Positions 38,565 through 50,211 of a stretch of DNA of 64,000 nt are shown here, piece by piece. Both the position numbers and the translations under genes were made by a program. This stretch comes from Mobula hypostoma. Lineage: Eukaryota. The stretch spans positions 86,058,001-86,122,000 of the forward strand of contig NC_086108.1 of the NCBI RefSeq assembly GCF_963921235.1, in the 5' to 3' direction. Numbering within the stretch: position 1 is the stretch's first letter; every line of letters begins with the position of its first letter. Below the pieces are notes generated by a model. The model ran no database searches, was not told where the DNA came from, and saw only the letters and a list, made by a program, of their open reading frames with translations.

Positions 38565-41500
38565 TGTCAGCCATTTGGATATGGCCCAAGTGCGGAGAGA
38601 GAGAGACACTGAACTGGGTTAATAGATCATAAGAACATAAGAAATAGGAGCAGGAGCAGGCCATCTGGCCCATCAAGCCAGCTCTGCCATTCAATAAGAT
38701 CATGGCTAATCTGGCCATGAACTCATCTCCACCTACCTGCCTTTTCCCCATAGCCCTTAATTCCCATACTATGCAAGAATCTATCCAACCTTATCTTAAA
38801 TATACTTACTGAGGTAGCCTCTACTGCTTCATTGGGCAAAGAATTCCACAGATTCACCACTCTCTGGAAAAGCAGATTCTCCTCATCTCCATCCTAAATC
38901 TACTCCCCCGAATCTTGAGGCTATGTCCCCTAGTTCTAGTCTCACCTACCAGTGGAAATAGCTTTCCTGCTCTATCTTATCTATCCCTTTCATAATTTTA
39001 TTTGTTTCTATAAGATCTCCTCTCATTCTTCTGAATTCCAGTAAGTACAGTCCCAGGCAACTCAATCTCCTCTCATAGTCTAACCCCCTCATTTCTAGAA
39101 TCAAACTGGTGAACCTTCTCTGCACCACCTCCAAAGCCAATATATCCTTTCTCAAGTAAGGAGACCAGAACTTCACGCAGTACTCCAGGTGCTTCCTCAC
39201 TAGTACCCTGCACAGTTGTAGCATAATCTCCTTGCTCTTAAATTCAATCCCTCTAGCAATGGAAAGCCAACATTCCATTTGCCTTCTTGATAGCCTGCTG
39301 CACCTGCAAACCAACCTTTCGTAATTCATGCACAAGCACTCCCTTCACAGACTTAAATGCAAACAGGATTTTAAGGGGGAAACAAACAATAAATGCTTGG
39401 CCAAACAGGGTCGTTAAATAAAACTCTCAAATCGGAAAACTAGATGCTAACCCCAGCGCCTGAAAGGAATACCTAAGTATAAAATAAATACCGCTTGTCC
39501 CCAGTTTCAGTTGACTCGATAATCCACATAACAGAGGGCACATAACATTGCTGTGCTTTGCTCAAGACTCGACAAGACTATGGTGAAAAGAAGGGAGTTA
39601 AATACCACCATAATGAGATAGTAATTAGCCGAGGGGCACATTTTCCCGAGTGCAAATGCTGAACTTGCCGCACAGCCCACCTACGGGGTTGTATGTACCC
39701 TGCAGTAGAGTTCATGGTAGTGACAGGGATTCCCTCCCTAGGTGCATCTCCTGAGGTGTCAAATATGTGTGCCCGCTATAAGTCCCAGATGAGAGACATG
39801 TCTAACATGTCCTTCAATGGGTTCTTCAGGACCATACCCTTTCCAATCCACATGATACTGGACCTTATCACCTACCTAGCAAGATGCCAGGAGGTGCTGC
39901 ACCATTTTGACCTGGGAACAATCTACCAAATGGGGAAGAGGGGGAGGCGGGGTGACTGTAGCCAAGGGAGAGGTAGTAACCGGCTTGAGCTGGGAAACAT
40001 GTAACACAGGGCGGATCTTCATTGATGCTGGTGGGCACAATCTATACGACACCTTGTTGATAGCCTTCTCCACTACAATAATCCACATAGCGTGGAGCCA
40101 GTTTGTGGCTCTCTACTTTCAGTGGTGCCAAACTTGTTGCCAGCCAGACCTCCTCTCTTGCTTTGAAAGGTCTCACCTGTTGGCGAGCTGAACAGCCTAC
40201 CGGGCATGTTGTTTCCGGGCACACAGCAGAGAAGCCCTGGCTCACCTCCAGGTGTGTACGTAGCACTGGATCAGCTGTTCAGCAGCAGGAATCCCTACAT
40301 CAATCTCCTGATCAGGGAAGAGCGGTGGCTGGAATCCCTTCGGGAATTCAATGGGGACGTACCCGTGGAGGACGACTGGAGGTTATTATGAGCAGTCTCT
40401 GCCCAAACCAGACGGGAGCTCCAGGACGTGGAGGAGACAAGGCAACGTGGGGTTATCTCTGACTCCTGATTTACTGACTCCAGTCTGGCCATTAGATTAG
40501 AGGTGGAGACCAAATGAAAGGCTGACCATGGCTCCAACAAGAGAGCTGAAAGTCTTCCAAAAGTGGGAAGTGAACCGTGGACCACAATCAGAAACTACGT
40601 CGAGGGAAACCGTGGAGCCCGAACACATGTTGAACCATGAGTATGGCAGTCTCATGAGCCGATGGGAGCTTAGGGAGGTCAATGAAGTGGGTAGCCTTGG
40701 AGAATCAATCCACAGTGATCAGAGTGGTAGTGTTTCCATTACACTGGGGCAGCCCTGTAATGAAATCCACTGAGGGGTGGGACTAGGGGCAGTGGGGCAT
40801 AGGCAGTGGCATAGCAAACCCACAGGATACTGGCGTGACATCTTGTTCTGAACACGGTTGGGACAGGCAGATACAAAGTCGTGGACATCTTGGGATATAG
40901 ATGCCCACCAGAATTGTGTCTTTATAAATTCCTGGGTCCATTGAATTCCCAGATGGGAGGAGTGACCCCATTACAATACTTTGGAGCGCACTGTAGCAGG
41001 GACAAACAGCTGGTTGGGAGGTCTCCACCTGGGCCTGGATCCGATTGTTGGGCAGCCCTCACCTCTATTGCCCAGATCACTGGTGCTGTCATCAGGATCA
41101 CCAGAGTATCTGCCCGGTGGTGTAATACTTGGTTTTTGTACGGATGCAGGAGCCTGTGGTGCTCCGAACGGTGGAGTCAATTCTGGTCTGGGTGCAGGAG
41201 TCAGTTCTGCTCTGGGCATGGGAGTGGGAGCATTAGTGGTAAGGGTTGTCAGGGCAGCAGCAAATGAGGTCCTGCGAGATGCTGGGAGTGTGACTCACGT
41301 GGCCAGAATCTGCTGAATCGCGTTGGTGAGTACAGCTGACGCCGGCAGTCTGCAATGAGCTTGTGGACAGTGGCAGAAACTGCAGACACCTGACTTTGAT
41401 TATCTGAAGAACGCTGCTGAACAATGCTGCAACGGATGGTATCATTCTTCCAGATGAGACTGGACCTTTCGGCACGAGATTTTCTGCCTCATTGCTTCAG

Positions 41501-42186
41501 TAACTTCACCTAGAACAGGTCCAATTGCCTGCAGCTTGTCCCCTATCTGACCAATGAATCTCAGGGCCAAGCTCAGCCATTCTCTCTCCGCTGGGTTTGT
41601 GCTTGTGTGGTCGAGACTTGCTGTCAGTTTGTTTGGATATGCCCCAATTCGGAGAGGGTGAAACACTGAAGTGGATCAATAGTTCACAGTCATTAATGTG
41701 AACAGGATTTTAAGGGAAAGAAGACAATGTTCCCCTTAACAACCTTAAGGGGAAAGAAAACAACATTGGGCCAAACAGGGCTGGTAACTGAAACTCTCAA
41801 GCTTCAACTCTGAGGTAGAAAGGAATATATAAATGTAAAATAAATGTCAACTTGGTCATCCACTTTCTCAGGCAAGCTGAACGTAAGCAGACAGCGTAAC
41901 ATTGCAACACACACAAAATGCTGGAGGAACTCAGCAGGCCAGGCAGCATCTAGGAAAAGAGTACAGTCAATGTTTTAGGCCGAAACCCTTCTCTGTGATT
42001 GGATTTGTCTTGTCTGTGACCATAATGTTGCTCTGCTTGTCTCAAGTCTTGACAAGACTACAAAGAAAAGATGGGAGTTAAACACAGACAGAATGAAATA
42101 GTAGTTAGCTGATACGTGCATATCCATGAATGCAATTGCTGAATTTGCTGTGAAGCCAGCCTACAGCTGGGTCTGTGGTTATGGCA
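38565..42186 (-). mobile_element. Gypsy chromovirus (Sushi-like) LTR retrotransposon, internally deleted, both LTRs present
   Basis: 5' LTR at about 41622-42186. 3' LTR 38565-39725 starts TGTCAC and ends TGACA, after the polypurine tract TAGGGAGGGAA. Gag PPGRYSGDP; integrase [43 protein letters not shown]; chromodomain VQYHVDWKGYGPEE at about 39820-39865. Confidence 0.88.
38626..39343 (-). mobile_element. CR1 3' fragment inserted in the Gypsy 3' LTR
   Basis: ORF 38946-39335(-) has IARGIEFKS...HLEYCVKFWSPYLRKD. Tail (CATAAGAA) repeats at about 38628-38645. Confidence 0.9.
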
Positions 42187-43189
42187 GAATGAAGATAGGA
42201 TGTGCGAGTTGGATTATTTACTTAGGAGCGAAGGAGGATGTTTTATTGTTATGTATTATAATGTACTGCTGCCTTAAAACAACAAATTTGACTGATTCTG
42301 ATTCCCACTTGATAGACGTGTGTAAGATAATAAGGGGCATAGATAGGGTGGGCAACTGATAATTTTTACTCACAGTGAAATGGCTAATACAAGAGGGAAT
42401 AATTTTAAGGTGATTGGAGGAGAGCACAGGGGGATGTCTGAGGTAGGATGTCTTTACAAAAGGAGTGGTGGGGACGTGGAATTGGCTGCTGGGGTGGTGG
42501 TAGAGGTAAATACATTAGAGAGTTTTAAGAGTTTTTTAGAATGGCACATGGACGAAAGCAAGATGGATGGCTATGTGGGTGGGAAGGCTTAGACTTAGTG
42601 TAGGTTAAAAGGTCGGCAAAACACCGTGAGCCAAAGGGCCTGTACTGTGCTGTACTATTCTATGCTCCTCAACACTATTACCACCTTGACAAATGCACTA
42701 AAATGGACTGTGTTTTGTTTTTGTTATTGCTCTGTTCTTTCTTGTAAAAATTATGTATTAATTTATGCTTAGTTTATACTTTTCTTGTGAATGCTGCTTA
42801 TATGATGTTATGTGCCTGAGATGCTGCTACAAATAAGTTTTTGTTTGCTCCTGTGCCTACGTGCTGTTGTGCATATAACAATAAACTCAGCTTTCATAAC
42901 TCTTAATTACACTAAGACAGCAATCTGCCAAACGCGTATGTGTGAGAGAGAAAGAAAGTGATGCAAGAGGCAGGGTAAATACATTTGTCCTATAAGATTC
43001 ATCCCACAATAATCAGCAGCAAAGTTAAACAGTAACGTGCTCTTTGCAATACTTATTCTCCAGCATTCTGGCTTTGTACATACACCCCCTTTAGCACACA
43101 GATAGAAGAGACTGCAGAAGCTGGAAATGTCAAGCAACACACAAAAAGATTGAGCAACTTTAAAATTCTACATCCTAGATCTTAGGTGA

Positions 43190-43352
43190 ACCAGTTGAAG
43201 CGGGCACAGACATAGAGTGGATGTGGAAACGATATTTCCTATGGTGTGAGAATCGAAGACTAGAGGACACAGCATCAAAATAGAGGAGTGTCCTTTTAGA
43301 ATGGAGATGAGCAGATATTTCTTCAGCTAGAGAGTGGTGAACCTGTGGAATT
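43190..43352 (+). mobile_element. CR1 3' fragment
   Basis: IFPMV..SKTRGHSIKIEECPFRMEMSRYFFS.RVVNLWNL-type sequence. Confidence 0.75.
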
Positions 43353-43680
43353 TGTTTCTCCCTCTGTCCCTCTGAATATACCTCTTGCCCATCCTCTGGG
43401 TCACCGCCCCCTCCTTGTCTTTCTTCCCGGACCTCCTGTCCCATGATCCTCTCGTATCCCCTTTTGCCTATCACCTGTCCAGCTCTTGGCTCCATCCCTC
43501 CCCCTCCTGTCTTCTCCTATCATTTTGGATCTCCCCCTCCCCCTCCAACTTTCAAATCCCTTACTCGCTCTTCCTTCAGTTAGTCCTGACGAAGGGTCTC
43601 GGCCTGAAGCGTCGACTGCGCCTCTTCCTATAGATGCTGCCTGGCCTGCTGTGTTCACCAGCAACTTTGATGTGTGTTGC
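43353..43680 (+). mobile_element. Young Penelope-like 3' fragment
   Basis: Reverse complement of about 49820-50145. Hammerhead motif at 43582-43617 has GAAA changed to GAAG. Confidence 0.9.
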
Positions 43681-44244
43681 TCTAATCAGTCTGTACCCAT
43701 GGAGAGAAGTAAATAGAGCCACTATAGGGATGATCTGTAACAGAACCAGTCAGCTGAGTGCCTAAAGTACTGACTTTCCTTTATTCCACCAGAAATTTAA
43801 CACCCCGTGTTGCTCCTGCTTGCTGATTTCGATGGTAGAAAATTGCTCAGAGACACATGCCTGTCTGGCACTCAACCTGATATTCAGACAAGTGTTTCTC
43901 ATTAACACATCATCCATTTAGTACTGGCTTTCACTCTGTCACCAAAATAACCTACAGGTTGCCGAAGAATTGAATGGATACTTCATACTAAATATAAGAT
44001 AGGTGTTTTTGCAGTCAAACATCCACAAATGATTTATCGTAATGGATCTACATCATGTGAAAATTAATGAATAAAGGACACAAAATGACTGAATTGCATG
44101 TGAAATCAATCAAGGAGTTCATGAAAACAAGTCCCAAACAAATATCACAATAGTATAATATTATCCTCAAAATAACATATATGTGACATAAGGTTCAGAA
44201 ATAAAATGCCCAAGATTATTTAAGGATGTTAAGTAAGATGTAAA

Positions 44245-44372
44245 CACAAAATACTCTGCAGGTGCTGGGGTCAAAGCAACACTCACAACACGCTGGAGGA
44301 ACTCAGCAGGTCGGGCAGCATCCGTGGAAACAATGAGTCGACGTTTTGGGCCGGAACCCTTCGTCAGGACTC
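44245..44372 (-). mobile_element. 128-bp Penelope-like 3' end (hammerhead plus tail) with 14-bp TSD
   Basis: TSD AAGTAAGATGTAAA at 44231-44244 and 44373-44386. Minus strand starts GAGTC-CTGACGA-AGGGTTCCGGCCC-AAAA-CGTC-GACTC. Confidence 0.9.
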
Positions 44373-44767
44373 AAGTAAGATGTAAATTTCACAATAAACT
44401 GATTACCTGCTTTGATAAGAGGATGCAATAGGCACAATACAATTGCAAGTCTTCCCTAACTTCAGCTCAATAATTCTCACATTACATTAGTTTTTTTCTT
44501 ACGTTCCTTCTGCTGGTCTCATTAGTGGATGCTCCGTCCAGTACAAAATTGAGATGGTATTGTCTTGCAGTCAATACAGCAGAAATGGGAGGGAAACCAA
44601 TCTGTAATGGTAAGGAGCAGCTTATAAGTAATTAATGTGATTAAAGAGAAAGTACGAGAGGGATTAATGAAACAAAAAGCAGACAAATCTCTTGAACCTG
44701 CTAAGTTGTTCTAAATTTGCTAACTGTTTCAAGGAGGTGACTGAAAGATGAAAGATGCATTTGAGTT

Positions 44768-45105
44768 GCATACACGAAATGCTGGAGGTACTCAACAGGT
44801 CAGGCAGCATCCATGGAAATGAACAACCAGTCGACGTCTTGGGCTGAGACCCTTCTTCAGGACTGGAGAAGAAGAGGGAAGGTGCCAGAATGAAAAGGTG
44901 AGGGGAGGCGAAGGAGGATAGCTAAAAGGTGCTAGGTGAAGTGAGGTGAGTGGGAAAGGTAAAGGGCTGGAGATGAAGGAATCTGATAGGAGAGGAGAGT
45001 GCACCATAGGAGAAAGAGAAGGAAGAGGTGCACCAGGGGTAGATGATAGGCAGGAGAGAAGAGGGAAGAGGCCAGAGTGGGGAACAGAAGAAGAGGGGGA
45101 GGAGG
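44768..45105 (-). mobile_element. Penelope-like 3' fragment
   Basis: Family tail plus motif CCAGTC-CTGAAGA-AGGGTCTCAGCCC-AAGA-CGTC-GACTGG (44827-44866). Confidence 0.82.
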
Positions 45106-45185
45106 GATTTTTCTTTGAGTTAACCTTCCAAAATTCTCTGGATTCTGGAGTCAACATATTGGAAGATAGCAAGTGTATTAAGATA

Positions 45186-48100
45186 ACAAGAACATAAGAC
45201 ATAGGAGCAGAATTAGGCCATTCAGCCCATCGGGTCCGCTCAGCCATTTCATCATGGCTGATTCTAGATCCTATTCAACCCTGTACTCCTGCCCTCTCAC
45301 CATATCCCTTGATGCCCTGACCAATCAGGGATTGATCAACTTCTGCTTTAAATATACCCATAGACTTGGCCTCCACCGCAGTCTGTGGCAGAGCATTCCA
45401 TAGGTTCACCACTCTCTGGCTAAAAAAAATTCCTCCTTGATTCTGTTCAAAAGGTCACCCATCAATTATGAGGCTGTTCCCTCTGGTTCAGGATACCTCC
45501 ACCAGAGGAAACATCCTCTTCACATCATCCTTATCTTGTCCTTTCAACATTTGGTAGGTTTCAATGAGATCCCACGCATTCTTCTAAATTCCAGTGAGTA
45601 CAGGCCCAAAGCTGCCAGACACTCCTCATGTGTTAATCACTTCATTCCTGGAATCATCCTTGTGAACCCCCTCTGGACTCTGTCCAACAACAATGCATCC
45701 TTTCTGAGAAAAGCGGCCTGAAACTATTGACAATACTCCAGGTGCAGGCTGATTGTGTCTTATAAAGCTTCGATATTATCTCTCTGTTTTTATATTCTAT
45801 TCCCCTCAAAATAAGTGCCGACATTGCATTTGCCTTCTTTACCACAGACGCAACCTGTAAATTAACCTTCTGGGAGTCTTGCACAAGGATTCCTAAGTCC
45901 CTCTGCATCTCTGATGTTTGAATTTTCTCCCCTTTTAGATAATAATCTGTGCTATTGTTCCTTTTATCAAAATTCATTATCATACATTTCCCAACACTGT
46001 ATTTCATTCGTCACTTTTTAACCCATTTTTTCAATTCATCTAAGTCCTGCTGCAAACACATTTCTTCTTCAACACTACTACCCCTCCACCTATCTTTGTA
46101 TCATCTGCCAATTTTGCCAAAAAGCCATCAATTCCATTATCTAAATCATTGAGAAAGAATGTGAAAAGTAGTGGTCCCAATACTGACCCCTGAGGAACAC
46201 CATGAGTCACTGGCTGCCAACCAGAGAAGCCCCCCTTTATTGGCAATCACTGCCTCCTTCCTGTCAGTCATTTCTCTATCCATACCAGTATATTTCCTGT
46301 AACATCACAGGACTTTATCTTGTTAAATGGCCTCATGTGAGGCACCTTATCAAATGCCTACTGAAAATCTATATAAATGACATCTACTGCCTTTCCTTTG
46401 TCCACCCTTCTTCCTTGAAGAATTCCAACAGATGTCAGACAAGATTTCCCATTACAGAAACCATACTATCAATAATCTCCATATCCCAAAACACTGCCCT
46501 TAATAATGGACTCCAGCATTTTCCCAACCACTGGGGTTAGACCAACTGGCCTATAATTTCCTCTCTTTTGTCTTCCTCTCTTCTTAAAAAGTGGAGTGAC
46601 ATTTGCAATTCTCCAGTCCTCTGGGACCATGCCAGAATAAAGTGATTCTTGAAAGATCATGACCAATGCATTCATTATCTCTTCAGCAACCTCTCCTAGG
46701 ACTCTGGAATGTAGTCCATCTGGTCCGGGTGATTTACCCAACTTAAGATATTTTAGTTTGTCTAGGAGCATTTCCTTTGTAATAGCAATGGCACTCACTC
46801 CTGCCCTCTGACCCTCACGGACCTCTGGCATACAGCTGGTGTCTTTCACAGTAAAGAATGAAGCAAAGTACTTATTAAGTTCATCTATTATCCCCCAATA
46901 CTATCTCACCAGCATCATTTTACTGTGGTCTAATATTATCTCTCACCTCCCTTTTATTCTTTAAATAATGGAAAAAACTTTTAGTATCCTGCTTTATATT
47001 ATCGGCTAGTTTGTCCTCATATTTCATCTTTTCCCTTCTTATAACTTTTTAGTTGCCTTTTGCTGGATTTTAAAAATTACCCAATCATCCAATTTACCAC
47101 CCACTTTTGCTACCTTATATGCCCTTTCCTTGGTTTTTCTGCAGTCCTTAATTTCCCTTGTCAGCCACGGTTGCCTACCTCTGCCGGTTGAGAACTACTT
47201 TTTCTGTGGGGCCTACTTATCCTGCGTCTTATGAACTATTCTCAGAAACTTCAGCCACCTCTGTTCTGCCTTCATCCCTGCCAGTATCCCCACCAATCCA
47301 CCTGTGCAAGCTCCTCTGTCATGCTTCTGTAATTCAATTTATTCTATTGTGATACTGATGCATGTAACTTACGTTTATCACTCGCAAATTGCAGTATGAA
47401 TTTAGTCATATTATGATCACTGCCCTCTAAGAGTTCCTTTACATGAAACTGACTAATAAAATCTGGCTTATTACGCCTCATCTAAGATAGCCTTTCCCCA
47501 AGTAGGCTCAAACAAAAGCTGCTCTAAAAAGCCTTCTTGTAGGCATTCAACAAATTCCCTCTCTTGCAATCTGACACCAACCTGATTTTCTCAATCCCCT
47601 TGCATATACAAGTCCCCCATTACAATTGTGTCATTACCCTTATTACATGGCCTTATCACCTCTTTCTTTGCAATCTCAACCCCACATCTTGACTACTATT
47701 TGGAGGCCTATATATGATTCCCATAACAGTTTTTTAACCCTTGCAGTTTCTTAACTCCACCCACAAAGATTCAGCATTCTCTGACTCTATGTCACCTCTT
47801 TCTAAAGATGTAATTTCATCTCTTACCAACAGCCACACCACCGCCTATGCTTTCCTGCCTGTCCTTTTGATACAAGGTATATCCTTTGATGTTAAACCCC
47901 TAACTTTAACCTTCTTTCAGACATGACTCAGTGAAGCCCAAATTGTCATACCAACCAATCCCTAATTGCGCCATGAGTTATATCCACCTAATTCCGAACG
48001 CTACGTGCATTTAAACACAGCACCTTCAGTTCTGCATTCTTCGCCCTTATGAATTTTGCCACTGTGGTACAACTTAACTCTTTGCTCTGTCTGCAGTTGT

Positions 48101-49340
48101 ACCCAATCATTGGCTTGACTTTCCTTACATTCATATCACATATTACATCATCTACTTGTAAACCGGCTGGCTCATCCTCAGCTCTATCTACTGGTTCCCG
48201 TCTCCCTGCCATATTAGCTTTTAACCATTCCTAACAGCGCTACAAACCGGCCGGCAAGGATATTGGCCCTCCTCGGATTCAAGTGCAACCCGTCCCTTTC
48301 GTACAGGTTACACCTGCCCCAGAAGAGGGCCCTACAATCCAGAAATCTGAATCCCTGCTCCCTGCTTCAATTTTCAGCCACGCATTTATCTGCCACCTCA
48401 TTCTATTCCTATCCTCACTGTCGCATAGCACAGGTCGCAATCCTGAGATTACTGCCTTTGAGGTCCTGCTTCTCAGCTTCCTTCCTAACTCCCTGTATCC
48501 TGATTTCAGTATCTCTTCCCCTTTTCTACCTATGTTGTTGGTACCAATATGCACCACGACTTCTCACTGCTCCCCCTCCTTTTCAAGATATTATGGACGT
48601 GTTCAGAAACACTGTGGACTCTGGTTCTTAGGAGGCAAACAGCCATCCATGTTTCCTTTTTGCATCCACAGAATTGTCTATCTGTCCCCCTGACTATAGA
48701 GTCGACTTTTACTGCTGCCATCCTCTTCAGTTTCCTATCCTTCTGAGCCACAGGGCCTGACTCAGGGCCACTGTTGCTTCCCCCAGGTAGGTCATCCCCA
48801 CCCCTGCAACAGTACACGAAATGGAGTACTTATTGTTAAGGGGGACAGCCACAGAGGTGCTCTCCACTATCTGACGTTCTCCCTTTCCTCTCTTGACAGT
48901 CACCCAATTACCTGTCTCCTATAGCCTTGAGCTCCTGTCGATCACCACTTCACTTTCCCTAACAAGGCGAAGGTCACTGAGCTGCAGCTCCAGTTCCCTG
49001 ACTTGGTCTCTAAGGAGCTGCATCTCGAAGCACCTGGTGCAGGTGTGGCCTTCGGGGAGGCTGGGAGTCTCCCGGAAATCCCACATCTGACAGCCAGAAC
49101 AGAGCATAGGCTCTGCAGATGTAGCACCTATTCCTTCAAAGCTTAAGTCAGAACAAATGAAATCAGAAATAAGGAATGAATGCACCTACTTATCTTTCCT
49201 CTGCCTGTTCTCGCCGAAGCCTTGTTGAGCCAAAGCCTTACTACTGTGACTCAGACAACTCCTGCAATGACCGCTCTGCTTGGCAGTACCTCCCTTTTAG
49301 AGACTTGGTTTTTAAAGCTCTTTACCGGACCTTTGCAGGA
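45186..49340 (-). mobile_element. CR1 LINE, near full length, decayed
   Basis: ORF1 LCSGCQMWDFRETPSLPEGHTCTRC..LQLSDLRLVRESE and esterase VDSIVRG...VHIGTN. ORF2 [39 protein letters not shown]. Tail at about 45186-45215. Confidence 0.92.
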
Positions 49341-49882
49341 ACACTTTTCCTGCATCTGCACAGTACTCCAATCAATATCAATGTGATCATTTGAAGGGAG
49401 AGAGGACAAGGACCTATCAGTCTATCATCACATCTTGGCAAAATACTGCAATCCATCACTATTGATGTGATTTTGGAAAATGGTGAAAGAAGGGACACAT
49501 GACAGCGGATGGGAATGCAAGGACAAGCTGGTTGATTAGCACGAGGTTGGCAAATTGCTGGTCTTCCAGTTATTTGCAAAAATACATTGATGATTTTCTT
49601 GAAAAGATGAGGAGTTAAGTGTTCAAGTTTGGGAAAGTTATAAAACTGGGTGGGAAAGTGCAAAATGAAAGGATTGCAAAGTAACTGCAAAAGATGTAAA
49701 CAGGTTACAGTGAAGGAACAAGAAGGCAGCAGAAGGGATACTGAGAAAATATGTGCACTTTTTTAAAACAGAAAATCAAAATACTAACAACAGGAATTCT
49801 GCAGATGCTGGAAATTCAAGCAACATACATCAAAGTTGCTGGTGAACGCAGCAGGCCAAGCAGCATCTATAGGAAGAGGCGC

Positions 49883-49918
49883 AGTCGACGTTTCAGGCCG
49901 AGACCCTTCGTCAGGACT
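49883..49918 (-). ncRNA. Minimal type I hammerhead ribozyme motif with intact core, in the Penelope 3' UTR
   Basis: Minus strand AGUC-CUGACGA-AGGGUCUCGGCCU-GAAA-CGUC-GACU: helix I AGUC/GACU, core CUGANGA, stem-loop II, GAAA, and GUC cleavage triplet. Helix III is reduced to the palindrome ACGU. Confidence 0.75.
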
Positions 49919-50211
49919 AACTGAAGGAAGAGTGAGTAAGGGATTTGAAAGCTGGAGGGGGAGGGGGAGATGCAAAATGATAGGAGAAGACAGGAGGGGG
50001 AGGGATAGAGCCGAGAGCTGGACAAGTGATAGACAAAAGGGGATACGAGAGGATCATGGGACAGGAGGCCTAGGGAGAAAGACGGGGGGGGGGTGACCCA
50101 GAGGATGGGCAAGAGGTATATTCAGAGGGACAGAGGGAGAAAAAGGAGAGTGAGAGAAAGAATGTGTGCATAAAAATGAGTAACAGATGGGGTACGAGGG
50201 GGAGGTGGGGC

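Larger units (their letters stand above)
37397..42665 (+). mobile_element. Old CR1 3' fragment hosting nested inserts (pieces about 37397-37574, 38420-38564 and 42187-42665)
   Basis: Collinear CR1 RT C-terminal sequence across the inserts (FNPERCGVIYFGRTN, RPHLEYCVHFW, IIRGIDRV, TRGNNFKVIG). Tail GGGCCTGTACTGTGCTGTACTATTCTATG. Confidence 0.75.

Noticed and set aside
41050..41600. Domesticated gag gene (PEG10 or RTL-like)
   Set aside because: The gag is fragmentary, with stops and frameshifts, and is still flanked by LTRs.
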